From positions 1 to 64,000 of the forward strand of contig NIVC01002593.1 in NCBI GenBank assembly GCA_002269645.1: a DNA stretch of 64,000 nucleotides, read 5' to 3'. The notes below the pieces were generated by a model. The model worked only from the letters and a program-made list of their open reading frames with translations. It ran no database searches and was not told the origin of the DNA. This document shows, in pieces, positions 1 to 11,977 of the stretch. Both the position numbers and the translations under genes were made by a program. The DNA is from Macrostomum lignano (Eukaryota). Positions within the stretch are counted from its first letter, which is position 1, and each line of letters begins with the position of its first letter.

Positions 1-1093
1 AATACTTGAAGTCCGTCGACCTCTGCGCTAGTGTATGTCGCCATAGACGAGATCAAGATGACTAATCTGATGTAATAACAAGGACGGTGAGTTCCAAAAC
101 AATCACAATACCTAAATCCCTAAATAATTAACTGAATTCCTCAGTAATCAGAGTTTGTGTACTAAACTGAAAAAATGCAAGTGTCAGTTTGTGTGGTTGC
201 CATAGTAGCAGATACAATATCATCTATTGCTGATTTATATATTTATTTGACGCTTCAATTATTAAATACCAGAAATTATTTAATTCGTAATAGTAGATAT
301 ACAAAAACTATTTTGTTATAACTTAGTGTTTTGAATCGTTGACGGCAAATTTTACGAATCAATGGAATACAGGATGGCCCACGTAATGCGTCTGATTTGA
401 AGTATGTTAAAATTTTGTCAACATTGGTTGCAAATGACAAAAGTATTAACGTACATGTTACATGTACTCAGCAAAATCAAATCAGATATGAATATACACA
501 TTGTATATAAATTGCAGTCATGTTTGGGACCAATAAAATAGTTTAGCATAATAGTTGCAAAGACCTGTTTGCTACATTTTTTGTTTTTACTGAGAGTTCA
601 CCGAGTCAACGTGTTTTAATCGATATTTTCTTTCTTACAGAAGAAAACTCTGCCATATGCTAAAGAAGACTCGGCGTTAACTATAAGAAGGCAATTAAAC
701 TGACTAATAGAGCTTCAACAGCAGTTTTATTGATTGGAATTATATATGTAAGATTTGGGCTTAAAAAAATACATATATTTACAAGCCCCATTTGCCCAAT
801 TACTAGTCAAACTGAGCTTTCGTTTCCAAAAACGTGACTATCTCTCCTTTCTCTCTCCACTATCTCTCTCCTATTTCGCCAGTGTATTATTTTTTTCGTT
901 ACGCTGGTATATATAAAATACAAAAAATCGTCATTATGCTTTAGGTTGTTCTTGAAGTTGATGACCAGTTTTGCAACTGGTTGTGCTATGCTATTTACGC
1001 ACTTGTTCAAATTCAAGAATATGCTAATCTATGGTAAAGTCTCCATTTCTAGATTTTGTAAGCCGCGAATTGCCCAGTCCCCAATAGTATTGC

Positions 1094-4000
1094 ATGCATG
1101 AATATCGCATTACAAATATCATAGCTAGTCAAAGACAAGGCGCACACGAGGAAGCCACCAAGTTACACTATCAATTGCGAGGTGACCTCATTTTGCCCCA
1201 TGACTACATGGACTTCGTGAGGGCAATACGCGACAAGCTGAAAGGTGGGAAACGCCATGACGGAATTCATTGCAAGACCGAGGGGCCCAGGCGGTTCCGT
1301 AGACTTCGATCTCAAAGCTCGACCGGCTCGACTGACGCCCGGAAGATCTTCGAGGCGGCGGCGAGTTCGTCCAGCGGTGTCGTCGTAGCCGAAATTAGCG
1401 GAGACTCAACCAGTTCTACGATCCCTCAGGACAGGAAACTCGACCTGACGGCCTGTGTCAGTGATCGAGAGCAAGGTGGCATCACTGGTCCCAAGCACAC
1501 GCAGCGCTGCTTTGAGATAATTTACTGCATGCTGTTTAGCCGAAGCTCGGCCGACCATCTTCTGAGACCAGCGTTGACCAGCGCCATAGTTGACTTGCTG
1601 TTGCGACAGCAGGTCTCACTGCCCGAGATGGTGCCAAGTGTCGAGGCTGCGGGAGACTTGACAGGCAGCCAGCTAAAATCTGCTAATGAGGTGAGCAGAA
1701 CTGTGTACTTGTATAAAGCACTGTGGTGGCTTGTGCATTGCAATTTTCTCTTCCACTATACAAAAAATGGTTTGTCTCCATGTGTGATTGATTTCAGGAA
1801 AAAATCTACCAAAGTTGTCTCGAGCAGATTTGCCTGGCTGTAATTTTCTCTGGAAACCAGACCAGATCTTCTCTGTTCTCTCTATTGTTTCTTTGTGAAC
1901 CGTCCAAAATATGCTTGCCCGCACGAGTTTTGGCTGCTAAACATATGACACATGCATGATAAACATACGGCATATGCATGATAAACATATAGCCTATGTC
2001 TGCTAAAAAATGTGGCATATGCATGCTAACCACGTATGTATGACAAGCTTCAGTAATTCTCCTATGCTATAATCAATCTCAATTCCTATCTCGGCGAAGC
2101 AAACATTATTTAATTAAATTCTAGATTCAGAAGTCTTCTAGAATTGCCCAAACGTTTCTCACTGATTCATTCACCAGTTGGTTCTTTTATTTTGAGACAA
2201 AATTGTAGCAGACTCAACGTCTTACGTCGCAGTGATTTTTTGCCTCGTTAAGTAGTCTTCTTAGAAGTACTCGTATCGTATCTGGAATCAAAATCGGTAG
2301 GTATCGAGTTTGCTGTATCCAGGTAACAAAAAGAAGTCTTTGCTCTTTTGTTTCGTTTTGGTTACAGCGATACGCTCGTAACAGCCAAAAATTCGAGTAC
2401 GCACTACGCATTGACCATGAGCTGCAATTTCTTCTTTGTTAATGTTCTGTTGAACCAGGTGTACAAAGTCGAGTCCTTGGAGAAGCGAACTCCATCGTCC
2501 ATGACGCAGCTGACCATCTACAGTGGAATGATCAACACCTGCTGCCACCAGTTGAGCAGCAACATTAACAATTCCACCAACAATGCACCCCAAGAGCTTC
2601 CAACGTCAATAACAACATCAAACTTGGCAACCACAACAGTCACCGAGTACGACAGGCTGGAAGTTCGCGCGACAACCCAGGCAACGGGCGACTCCACATC
2701 CAGCCAGTTCGAGATCCGACAAGGTCGGCCCTATCGTCGCAGTGACGTCGGTTTCCAGCGACACTGTCAACCCAGCCCGGCTGCGGCCGGGTCAGCAACA
2801 ACAATGACTGCCACTCGGACGGTGACTGTAACGCCGACCTCCTCTACTTCGGCCGCATCGGTGTCATCGGCTTCCGAGTCTGAGTCGTGCAGCTCAACCT
2901 CGGCAGGCAGTCAGTTAAGTGACAGCTGCAGACCGAGAAGCTGCTCAACTGAGCAACAGAGCCAGTCAAATCGTCGGCGGGCGGACAGCGGCACCTCATT
3001 TAGAATGCGCGACGATGAAGACTATGATGAAGCAGCGGCCGGCTCCGACGGGGAAAATCGCAGGCGCCGACAAAAATCGAAGACGCGGCGATCCTCGTCG
3101 CAGCATCTGCGCCGGCAGCAGCAGAAGGAGAGGCGTAGAAGGGCGGGTCGAGAGTCTCGCCTGTCGCGCGGTTCTCGCGTCAGCCGCCAGACATTTATGG
3201 AAGATGAAGACGATGGAGCTGGGAGCCCGACCAGCAGGGATGATCGCAGAGGATCGCGCGACCTTCTCCGTCGGCAAAGTGAACTTTCAATGCCCAGAGC
3301 AAGCGAGCCTGTTGGGTCGCGGGACTCCAGCCTTCGTCGCCGACGCGATTCGCGACCAAACGCAGGCCGAAAATCTCGGCATCGCTCCAGCCGGCGCAAC
3401 TCCGACCGTGACAGCCCATCAGAAACTGGGAGCCTCTCGCCTGCCCGTGAGGAGACTGGGGTGATGCCAGCGCAGAGCTACCAACAGCCGCCAATGCAGC
3501 AGCCGCCGCCAGATCAATATGCGTATCCGAATCAGCAGCAGATGCCTCAACAGCAGCAGGTGCCCCTGCCCAGAGCTTGGCGCGCCTTCTCTGAAAGCAG
3601 CTCAGGCAGCTCCGATGAGGAGGAAGAGGAGGAGTGCCACCTGTGCGAGCTGGCCGACATGCGTGGCGCTGTTTGGCGCATGAGCGGCGCGGCCATGGTG
3701 GACCCATACCAGCAGGGCAGCATTCAGCGGACCATGGCGCCCGTACCGCCTCCACCGGCGAAGAAACGGCGCCGACGCCATCGCAAGCGGCAGTCTAAAG
3801 CGGGTCCCGTTGCTCCAATGGCACCGCCGCCACAGCAGCCGCAGACAATGCCAATGCCCATCCAGATGCCGATTCAACCGGCTCCGCCAAGATGCTGCCG
3901 CGTGATTGACATAAAAATTGATCGCTGTCGCAAGAAGAAAGATACCTGCCGTTGTTGCTATTGCAAACCTGACCCGTGCTGCAAGCCTGACCCGTGCTGT

Positions 4001-6889
4001 AAGCCTGACCCGTGCTGCAAGCCTGACCCGTGCTGCAAGCCTGACCCGTGCTGTAAGCCTGACCCGTGCTGCAAGCCTGACCCGTGCTGCAAGCCTGACC
4101 CGTGCTGCAAGCCTGACCCGTGCTGCAAGCCTGACCCGTGCTGCAAGCCTGACCCGTGCTGTAAGCCTGACCCGTGCTGCAAGCCTGACCCGTGCTGCAA
4201 GCCTGACCCATGCTGCAAAGATGCCTGCAATCAATGCAGCTGCCAGGCGCCACATCCAAGGACTGCCGATCAGCAAGGCACATCCGGTTGCTGCGGCAGC
4301 ATCTGCGGTGGCGGCGGCGGTGGCGGTGCTTGTGGCGGCGGCGGATTCGGAGCGACTGGCACTGCTTGCTGCAGCAGCAGTAGTGGTAGCTGCCCTGAGC
4401 ACTGCCTGCTGGAGTTCGACATGCCTTGCAGATCTGACTGCGGCTGCTGCGGCAGCGGCGGTGGTGGAGATGCCGGCTGTGGCGCATCCTTTTCAGATCG
4501 GCAGAGTCGAGGTAGTCGACGCAGGACGCGACACCGCCGCGGCGGCCGACGAAGACATGGAAGCTCATCTGCCTGGCAGCAAAGAGGTGAGCTCACTTTA
4601 ATTGTTCATACATAATATTCCGACCTGAGCACAAAATGTAGTGTAGTGTATTGCTGCTCATTATCTATCTGACACCAGCAATGCATCTTCATACGCTGCA
4701 TCAAAAAATATTGATATTGACTTTGTGTGCATTTTCTGCAAAAATAGGCTTAAATAGGCTTAAAAGAAGGTGACGTCTTTCAAATTTATAAGGTGCAGAA
4801 TAAGCAACTGCCCCGTGCAATTGAGTTGCCTTGATCTATCAATAATGTCCGAAAGGTCATCTCTTCGTAAGCTCTGCATAAATTGGCTAGGCCCAATTGC
4901 TTTATTAAAAACAACTAGCTGCAGAAGTGCCAAGCAGCGCCATTTGCTGTATATGCATACCACAGTCGTAATTCTCTCTGCAGATGGCAGAAGCCACCCT
5001 ACCTGTCAGTGCTGTGTCCGGTGCACCACTACTCGAGGAGGCTCCAGTAGTGGCAAGCGACATCGCAGCACTTCATCGCGGTGCTGCTGCTGCCGCCGCT
5101 GCATAGATGACGGAGCTGCCGGATCCGACTGCCAGCTGTCGCGATGGGAGCCAGCAGATGCTGATCGCCGGGGCGCTGCAGGGGCTTTTGGCAGCAGTGC
5201 TGACGAAGGAGCAACGCCGGAGTCAACTTCTGAGGCAACCGGTGACTCCCGCGACTATCGGAGCACTCGAGATTACAAGGAAAGCCGGGACACCCGCGAT
5301 CTCCCGGCGGGCCGGGACACCCTCGATTTTCCGGCGGGCCGGGACACCCGCGATTATCCGGCGGGCCGGGACACCCGCGATTTTCCGGCGGGCCGGGACA
5401 CCCGCGATTATCCGGCGGGCCGGGACACCCGCGATTATCTGGCGGGCCGGGACACCCGCGATTATCCCGCAGGCCGGGACACCCGCGATTATCCGGCGGG
5501 CCGGGACACCCGCGATTATCCGGCGGGCCGGGACACCCGCGATTATCCCGCAGGCCGGGACACCCGCGATTATCCGGCGGGCCGGGACACCCGCGATTTT
5601 CCGGCGGGCCGGGACACCAGAAACTACCGAGAAACACGAGATACCCGGCCCCAATCAGAAAACCGGAGCACACGAAATTTTCGAGAGAACCAGGACCTTC
5701 GGGCGACACCAACTATCCAGGAAGAAAGACAACAATTCCAGCCACCATCGCAAGTGCTGGCTCCGCTGTCGATTGGCCCGCAGACGCTCGGCCCGCAGAC
5801 GCTCGGCCCGCAATCACAGGCTTCTCAAACACGAGCTCCGCAATCTGTGGCTCCACTAACAGTTGGTCCGCAAACGCTGGATCCGCAATCGATGGCTTCC
5901 AAAACACAGGGACCAGAATCATTGGCCTCACTATTTTTGGGACCACAAACACTTGGTCCTCGAACTCTTGGCCCTCAAACTTTGGGTCCGCAGACGTTGG
6001 ATTCGCAGACGCTGGGTCCGCAGACGCTGGGTCCGCAGACGCTGGGTCCGCAGACGTTGGGTCCGCAGATGCTGGGTCCGCAGACGCTGGGTCCGCAGAC
6101 GCTGGGTCCGCAGACGCTGGGTCCGCAGACGCTGGGTCCGCAGACGCTGGGTCCGCAGACGCTGGGTCCGCAGACGCTGGGTCCGCAGACGCTGGGTCCG
6201 CAGACGCTGGGTCCACAGACGCTGGGTCCGCAGTCTTTGGCTTCGGAATCAATGGTTCAGCCATCAGAAGCGACAAATCCACCAACAAAATCCTATAGGT
6301 CAGGAGCAATAACGATTTAATTAATTAACTTATATTCCGCAGTAACAGCTAAAATAAGCACAAGAAATGGTAACCAAAAAATTGTCGTTACCGCACCAGG
6401 CGCTGCCGAGCTTCAATCTGCTGCCAGTCGCAGAGGCCGGAGGAGGCGCGAGAGCTACACCTTCGAGAGTCGCGGCCGACTGCTGCCACTGCCACCACTT
6501 TGAGGGCGACAGACCTTGGCACGGAGATGTCCGGTCCCAGCCAGGTGTCGCAGTGGCGCACAATATCACGCGCTGCGGAGTCCAACTTTGACGGGCCGCA
6601 AGAGTGGCAAGCGGACGGCTCAGTATCGGAGTTTGGCACCAGCCGATCGACCCATTTGACAAGCAGCGATGCTGGCCTGCAGCGGCCGACTGTGGCGCGG
6701 CAGCCGGACGACCCGGCGCTGGTTGGCTACGCGCGGGAGACCTGGGCGCCGCCGCAGTTGGCGGCCGAGCAGAAGGGCGAATCGTCAGCATGGCAGCGAA
6801 CCGACCCGATTTCGGATGATCTGGCAGGACGCAGCGAGCTGTCCTTGAATCCGAGCGGTGGGTCCGACGGATATCTGCATCTGATTTAA
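1094..6889 (+). CDS. Large low-complexity repeat protein (~1,470-1,510 aa), 4 coding exons; Ser/Arg-, Gln/Pro- and Cys-rich with KPDPCC, RDTRDYPAG and GPQTL arrays
   Basis: Exons 1094 (or ATG 1208)-1690, 2459-4586, 4984-6298, 6400-6889. All introns are GT..AG (gag|gtgagc, aaccag|gtg; gag|gtgagc, ctgcag|at; ag|gtcagg, caccag|g). Phases 0/1/2 join four provided ORFs into one open frame of 4,530 nt. Start codon uncertain. Confidence 0.8.
3965..4216 (+). repeat. Coding tandem repeat, 14 x 18 bp (KPDPCC)
   Basis: Unit aagcctgacccgtgctgc, near-perfect; variation essentially synonymous. Confidence 0.97.
5286..5609 (+). repeat. Coding tandem repeat, 12 x 27 bp (RDTRDYPAG)
   Basis: Unit cgggacacccgcgattatccggcgggc. 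Confidence 0.97.
5940..6239 (+). repeat. Coding tandem repeat, 20 x 15 bp (GPQTL), with diverged units upstream from ~5775
   Basis: Unit ggtccgcagacgctg. Confidence 0.96.
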
Positions 6890-8357
6890 TCCGTTCTCAC
6901 CTTTCAGTACGATGCGAAAACCCACCAACACTCTTTCGGGTTTTGCTGTGTTCCTATTTCCTTAGCTTTGTTCCTCTCTCCTTCACAACTCCGCATCTAG
7001 AGATCCGCAGCACTGGTGTGAGACTAATAACATAAGAGACATTTCATAAGAGACTAATAACTGGAAAATCTACCAGCTACCAGCTACAGTTCGTTTTTAT
7101 CAGTCTGAGAATACCTGTCCCTCAACGTGTTCTGATTGGTCGGGAACGGCTCTTAAAGAGCGGACAAAACTAACAAATTTTGGATGTAGTGGAACTCTTG
7201 CCAATATTCCCAATGTTTTTATCAGATTCGAGCGTCTGGCGGGCAGGAGACGCGTTGTCTGCAAATTTAAACACTTTCGAAACGATACCAAATTTGTCAA
7301 TCTATGTATGATGAGCATGCAGAGAAAACCCGATCAATATTGTGGTTGTGCATGTCGCATTGTCAGAGCTACATGAAATTCGATTTTTAAGGGCTGATAA
7401 AAATCAGTGATAGCTGGTAACTGGTAGCTCCATCTTTCCAATGCATTTTTGCTCAAATTTTGAGGGCAAATGCTTAGTCTGCATATAAGCACTCAGCAAC
7501 AGGTAAAGTTTCCACCCCGAAAACACTGGTCATGAAGTGACAGCTTTAATCCAACTCCATAACTCTCCACTCTCTCCTCACCAGGTTAAGCCAGGGTCTT
7601 GTGACGCCAATTGGCATCACCCACAGTTGAGAAGAGAACCGCAAGCGTGGTGTGAATTTCGTCACTCGTGGCTGAGATCTGTGAAAAGTGTACCACTGGT
7701 CTCTGGGTGGAAACTTGAAACTTGAATGTTGCTGAGTGCATTGCTATGAAGGAAATTCAATTTAGACTATTGAGAATAAGTAGTCGAATAAAGATTTGAA
7801 TCATAAAATCTCTCTCATAGCCCGAAAAATGCCGCCATAAAAAATGTCAGCACAGAAGAAGCGTCTGTGCACAGTTTAGTGGTGGGAGAGGACGGCGTTC
7901 GGCAATGGCTGACTGACGAAGGCAAAACAAGCCAGAAACCGCTCTCGGTCTGCCTGCGCGAGTTTCGACCACCACTTTCTGTGTGTCACATACTGGCGCA
8001 TTAGTTAAAGTCACCAGTGATCACCAGTCTGATAAATCGATTTGATAGGTGTTATGGAATTGTGTTCAAGCTTTATTCGGGCTTGCTAGGTAGTCCGCAC
8101 AGCTCTCTGCATAGCTCGCTGTCTCTGCGATAAGTGCGAAAATCGTACATCCGAAAATATCCTAGTATCACTGCGTTGAGATACTCGCGCTTATCGCGCC
8201 TTCAAACCCGCTAGGCCAGCACGCACGTGTTCGTCTCGCACTAATAAAAGCACGATATTGTGGAGATCAGAGAAATTTATGAGAACTTAATCACTGAATG
8301 TATTGAATCTTCGAGTAAGAGCAGTATTTTCAGCCTAAAATGTTAAAATATTTTCAG

Positions 8358-8701
8358 TGGTACAGCCGGGCCACAGTCTGGTAGACGAGGCGCAGTTCCT
8401 GGACCCCGCCAGTCCTTCGGTGGCCCGCACAGGCGAGCGCAGTCCCCTGTCTGAGCAGTCCAGCTGCACCGCCATCTCCCTGCCGCTCTGCCAGCAGCAC
8501 CAAGGCCGCATGACCGACTGTTTCGTTGATTTCGAGTGTCCTGCATGCCGCTGCATTGCCCTCTTCGAACAGCTGATCCGCTGCGAACTGCAGCTGCTGG
8601 AGTCTGAGCAGCAGAGTCGCGACTGTAGCATTGGAAACTTCGAGCATTGCCTCCGGCTCACGCGCTGTCTCATCAGATTTACGTGCGCCAATGAGCATTG
8701 A
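8358..8701 (+). CDS. Terminal coding exon of an unidentified Cys/His-rich protein
   Basis: ttttcag acceptor at 8357, strongly GC3-biased codons, CQQH...CFVDFECPAC motif, stop at 8699-8701. Upstream exons not identified. Confidence 0.5.
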
Positions 8702-10045
8702 ATTGGCGTGGACTTCAGATGATTGAGTCTTGGGTTGGGATCATTGATCTGAGCGGTGCCTGTATGCCACAGCATTTTTGCAAGTGACACACAAAGCTTG
8801 CATCCAGAACGGCCTTGGTTTTTATGCACCTGGCACATTGACTGCGCTTTCGTGACTGGGGACAGCAGGCCAGGTCACGCTGCCGTTCAGTTAACCCCCC
8901 GGTCTCCTGTATTGCCTTCTTTCACTGCCTTGTCTCATCATTTTCTTTCGCTGTAGCAGTCTATGCTAACCTATAGGGTGAGAAATTCAGTCAGTGTGCG
9001 AACCCAAGCTATTTCACTCTAATGCGGTTGGCCACCAATACTTATAATGCCTTTCGATTCAATCCACGGGAGGGATTGAGAACACATTTCTTTCCCATTG
9101 TTTTTCGCTACCTTTGTTTGACTCGACTCGTTCTACTTTGTCTTGCGTGTGTTTTTCATCCATGCAGGGGAATCGGCTGGACCAGCTGCTGCCCCAGAAA
9201 TGTCCACCATCTCTTCAACTTCCTGACAATTTCCGTATTAGCCTTTTATTGTTTACCTTAGTTTCCGCCTAGAGACCTTGCGAACCTCTTTTTCCTAATA
9301 CTTTCTGTCCACAATAATGCAATACATAAGGAAGAAAATCTCATGGACCCATGTATTTTTAGAAACTTTAACGAGCGCTTTGGTAAAAGAGGATCGGACT
9401 GATCGTTCCCTGTGTTTATAAATGCTTATTATGTTTATATTTACGAAGTAGTTTACTGAATAGCATACTGAATGAAAATTGTCAACGCTCCTCCAACAAG
9501 CGTTTAGCCGTAGGCTTCGGTTTCCAAGTCTTTTTTTCAGAAGACTGGTAGATGCAGATGCATTGCATTCAAAAGCTGCCGATGCATCGAATACTTCTGA
9601 AACCATTCACCACGCGTCCTTCAGTAGGATGAGCACTTTTGGTTAGAGTGGCTGGTGGACTGCATTCAAAGCACCGCCATCGACACACGAAACAAACGGG
9701 TCTGGAGGTGACTGGAGTCTACCCGTGCTAAGATTGTTTAAGAAGCTCACTTTACATGTACTTCTACGCTGCCTAAGCACATGGATTGAGCAGTTGGTCT
9801 CCAGCTCTATCTCTTAATTTTGTGACCAAAGAGGCTCTCAAAAGGATTTCGAAGGTGTTATAGGTAGAGATCTGCGTCCTTGCCTAGTTTTCTTCGCCTA
9901 AAAACAAATCTGATTCTCCGAAAAGAATTTTACCTACCGGTACATGAGAGACAGTAGTACATGCAATATGGAAAATTTTGGTCTCTTAATTAGCAGAATT
10001 AGCACTAAACTAATACGTTTCGCATTTATTAGTAAAATAATAATG

Positions 10046-10312
10046 GGCAGATGTGCAACCGACAGCTCAGCCGCAGCTATTGCGCGGCGCATCTGAAGGC
10101 TGCGTACGGCTGTTCAGTCCAAGGACTGGGGGGTCGCCACGCACACCCTCAATTACCAAAGCTAATGCTGGCACCCATTTTACAGCTGGGTGAACTGAAG
10201 CAATGCAGAGTTAAGTGTCTTGCTCAAGAAAACAAATAGTTTCGAGTGGGTGAAGAATCGAACCCCCGACCTTTCAGCCGTGAGTCCGAAGCTGCAACCA
10301 CTAAGCCACTTG
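10046..10312 (-). mobile_element. tRNA-derived CORE-type SINE
   Basis: Minus strand has Pol III A box GTGGCTTAGTGG (10298-10309) and B box GGTTCGATTC, then cttgagcaagacacttaactc...cagctgtaaaatggg, which matches the MIR/CORE domain consensus as recalled. Confidence 0.75.
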
Positions 10313-10930
10313 TAAAATCACTTTTAAATACGTCCAGTGGAAGGATGAAACGCAAACGATTACAATTGCAATGACACTAAAAAAGCCTGCTGCTGATAGA
10401 CGCGCAGGGCTGTGGCTCGTATTGCAGTTTTAATCTTTAAAATCATTGCGAAATCAGTGCGCAGATACGTTGCTGACAAATAGCTCGTACCTAGTGTCGA
10501 TATTGGAAAGGTATAAAAATCTTTAAAAAATTTTAAAACTGTGCACAAAAAAACTCGTAAAGAGTGGGCCTTCAAAATCATTGCGCAATCATAAATGAAT
10601 AAAACATCTTTACGCTATCAAAATTTCTACCAAAGCTTACTTCGAAGCAAGATAAGCACCAGAATGTGCTTAGCCGAGTGGGGGAAAAAGAAGCAAATAA
10701 TATTTTTTTGCGTTTGTTTAAGTTGCTTTTTTAAACTGATTTGAGAAAACGCGCGGTCACCTAACTAAGAAACTAAAGTAAGCCGGCATCAATGAAGGGT
10801 GCTGGTAATAACTTTTTGGCAAGACAGCCGTGAACCTTTTGCTGATAGGTCTTGGCTCTTACTTTGTCCCTTGTTTCCATCATCCGTCAAATCTTATCAG
10901 TTAGGAAGTTCCTTCCTAACCCAAATAACC

Positions 10931-11977
10931 CTAGCACTCAGCCTTCTCCTCCAGCGATGCAGTTGCCGCATGCCGCAGCGACTCCGCCTTGACGCTGTCC
11001 TCATCGTCGCATGGTCGACGCTTTGTCGCAGAGGCCAATATCGGCGTACGCTGCTGGAGGTGAGGCTGCTGCACCCTGGCAGTGGGAAAGTCCTCGTCGT
11101 CATTCGCGTGATCCTCATTGAGGGCGGCCGCAGCCTCCTGCTCAACCAGCAGCTGCAACGGCTTGGCGTAGGCCAGCTCGTAGACCCAGGCGCCCAGAAC
11201 GGCCCCGACGTACGGGCCCACCAGCGGCACCAAGAAGTAGAAGGAGCGCGAGCTGAGCACCTCCGGCCCGTAGCCGAGAGCCAGAGTTGCCAGGCGCGGT
11301 GCGAAGTCGCGCGCCGGATTCAGACAAGTGCCGGACACGATCACCTCGGAGATGATGAGGCCCATGATCACTAGCCCGATGAGCAGAGGCTGCAGAGCCG
11401 GTGGCGTGTTCAGGTTGTTGGGATCCGTGATGGCTCTGACGGCCAGCAGCAGCAGGGAGGTGCCCACCACCTGGTCGGCGAAGGCCACTCCGTTGTTGAT
11501 GGCCGGATTCGGCAAAGTAAAGAAGGTTCCCGCTGTGCCGTTCGGGCCAAAGGCCACCAGCTGGCCGCCGTTCAGATTGTTGAAGATCTGAAAGTAGAGC
11601 AGATTGACGACCATGGCGCCCAGGAACCCGCCAAGGTATTGCGCCCACTGGTACAGCAGCAGGTGTTTAAAGCTCATCTTTCGCAGGGTAAACATGGCGA
11701 ATGAGACCGCAGGATTGATGTGACCACCGGAGAGGCGCAGGCTGACCATGATCCCCGTCATGGCACCGAGTCCGTTGCCGATGCCCACCGCGGGCACGAA
11801 ATTCTTGATGCCACCGCGCTGGGTGATGGTGGCCAAGCCGCAGCCCAAGTCCACAATAATGACCAGCACTACTGTGCCGATCAGCTCCGACAGGAACAGC
11901 TGCGATGGCCGGTGCCGCAGCACCAGGCGCGACTCGACCCGCGACCAGGTCAAGCGTCTTCGATCTTCGGCAGGCAT
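10931..11977 (-). CDS. Aquaglyceroporin (AQP3/7/9/10/GlpF-like MIP), 348 aa from first ATG, CDS uninterrupted
   Basis: SGGHINPAVS and CLNPARDFAPR motifs, six hydrophobic segments, glyceroporin D after the second NPAR. Acceptor-like tattcag just upstream (exon from 12011) implies a 5' exon. Confidence 0.95.
   Translation of the reverse strand: MPAEDRRRLTWSRVESRLVLRHRPSQLFLSELIGTVVLVIIVDLGCGLATITQRGGIKNFVPAVGIGNGLGAMTGIMVSLRLSGGHINPAVSFAMFTLRKMSFKHLLLYQWAQYLGGFLGAMVVNLLYFQIFNNLNGGQLVAFGPNGTAGTFFTLPNPAINNGVAFADQVVGTSLLLLAVRAITDPNNLNTPPALQPLLIGLVIMGLIISEVIVSGTCLNPARDFAPRLATLALGYGPEVLSSRSFYFLVPLVGPYVGAVLGAWVYELAYAKPLQLLVEQEAAAALNEDHANDDEDFPTARVQQPHLQQRTPILASATKRRPCDDEDSVKAESLRHAATASLEEKAEC

Noticed and set aside
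2919-6312. Many long overlapping or antisense ORFs (e.g. 3602-4402, 3795-4568, 5029-5712, 5713-6309, 5863-6312)
   Set aside because: Shadows of the GC-rich, stop-free tandem repeats in the spliced plus-strand gene.
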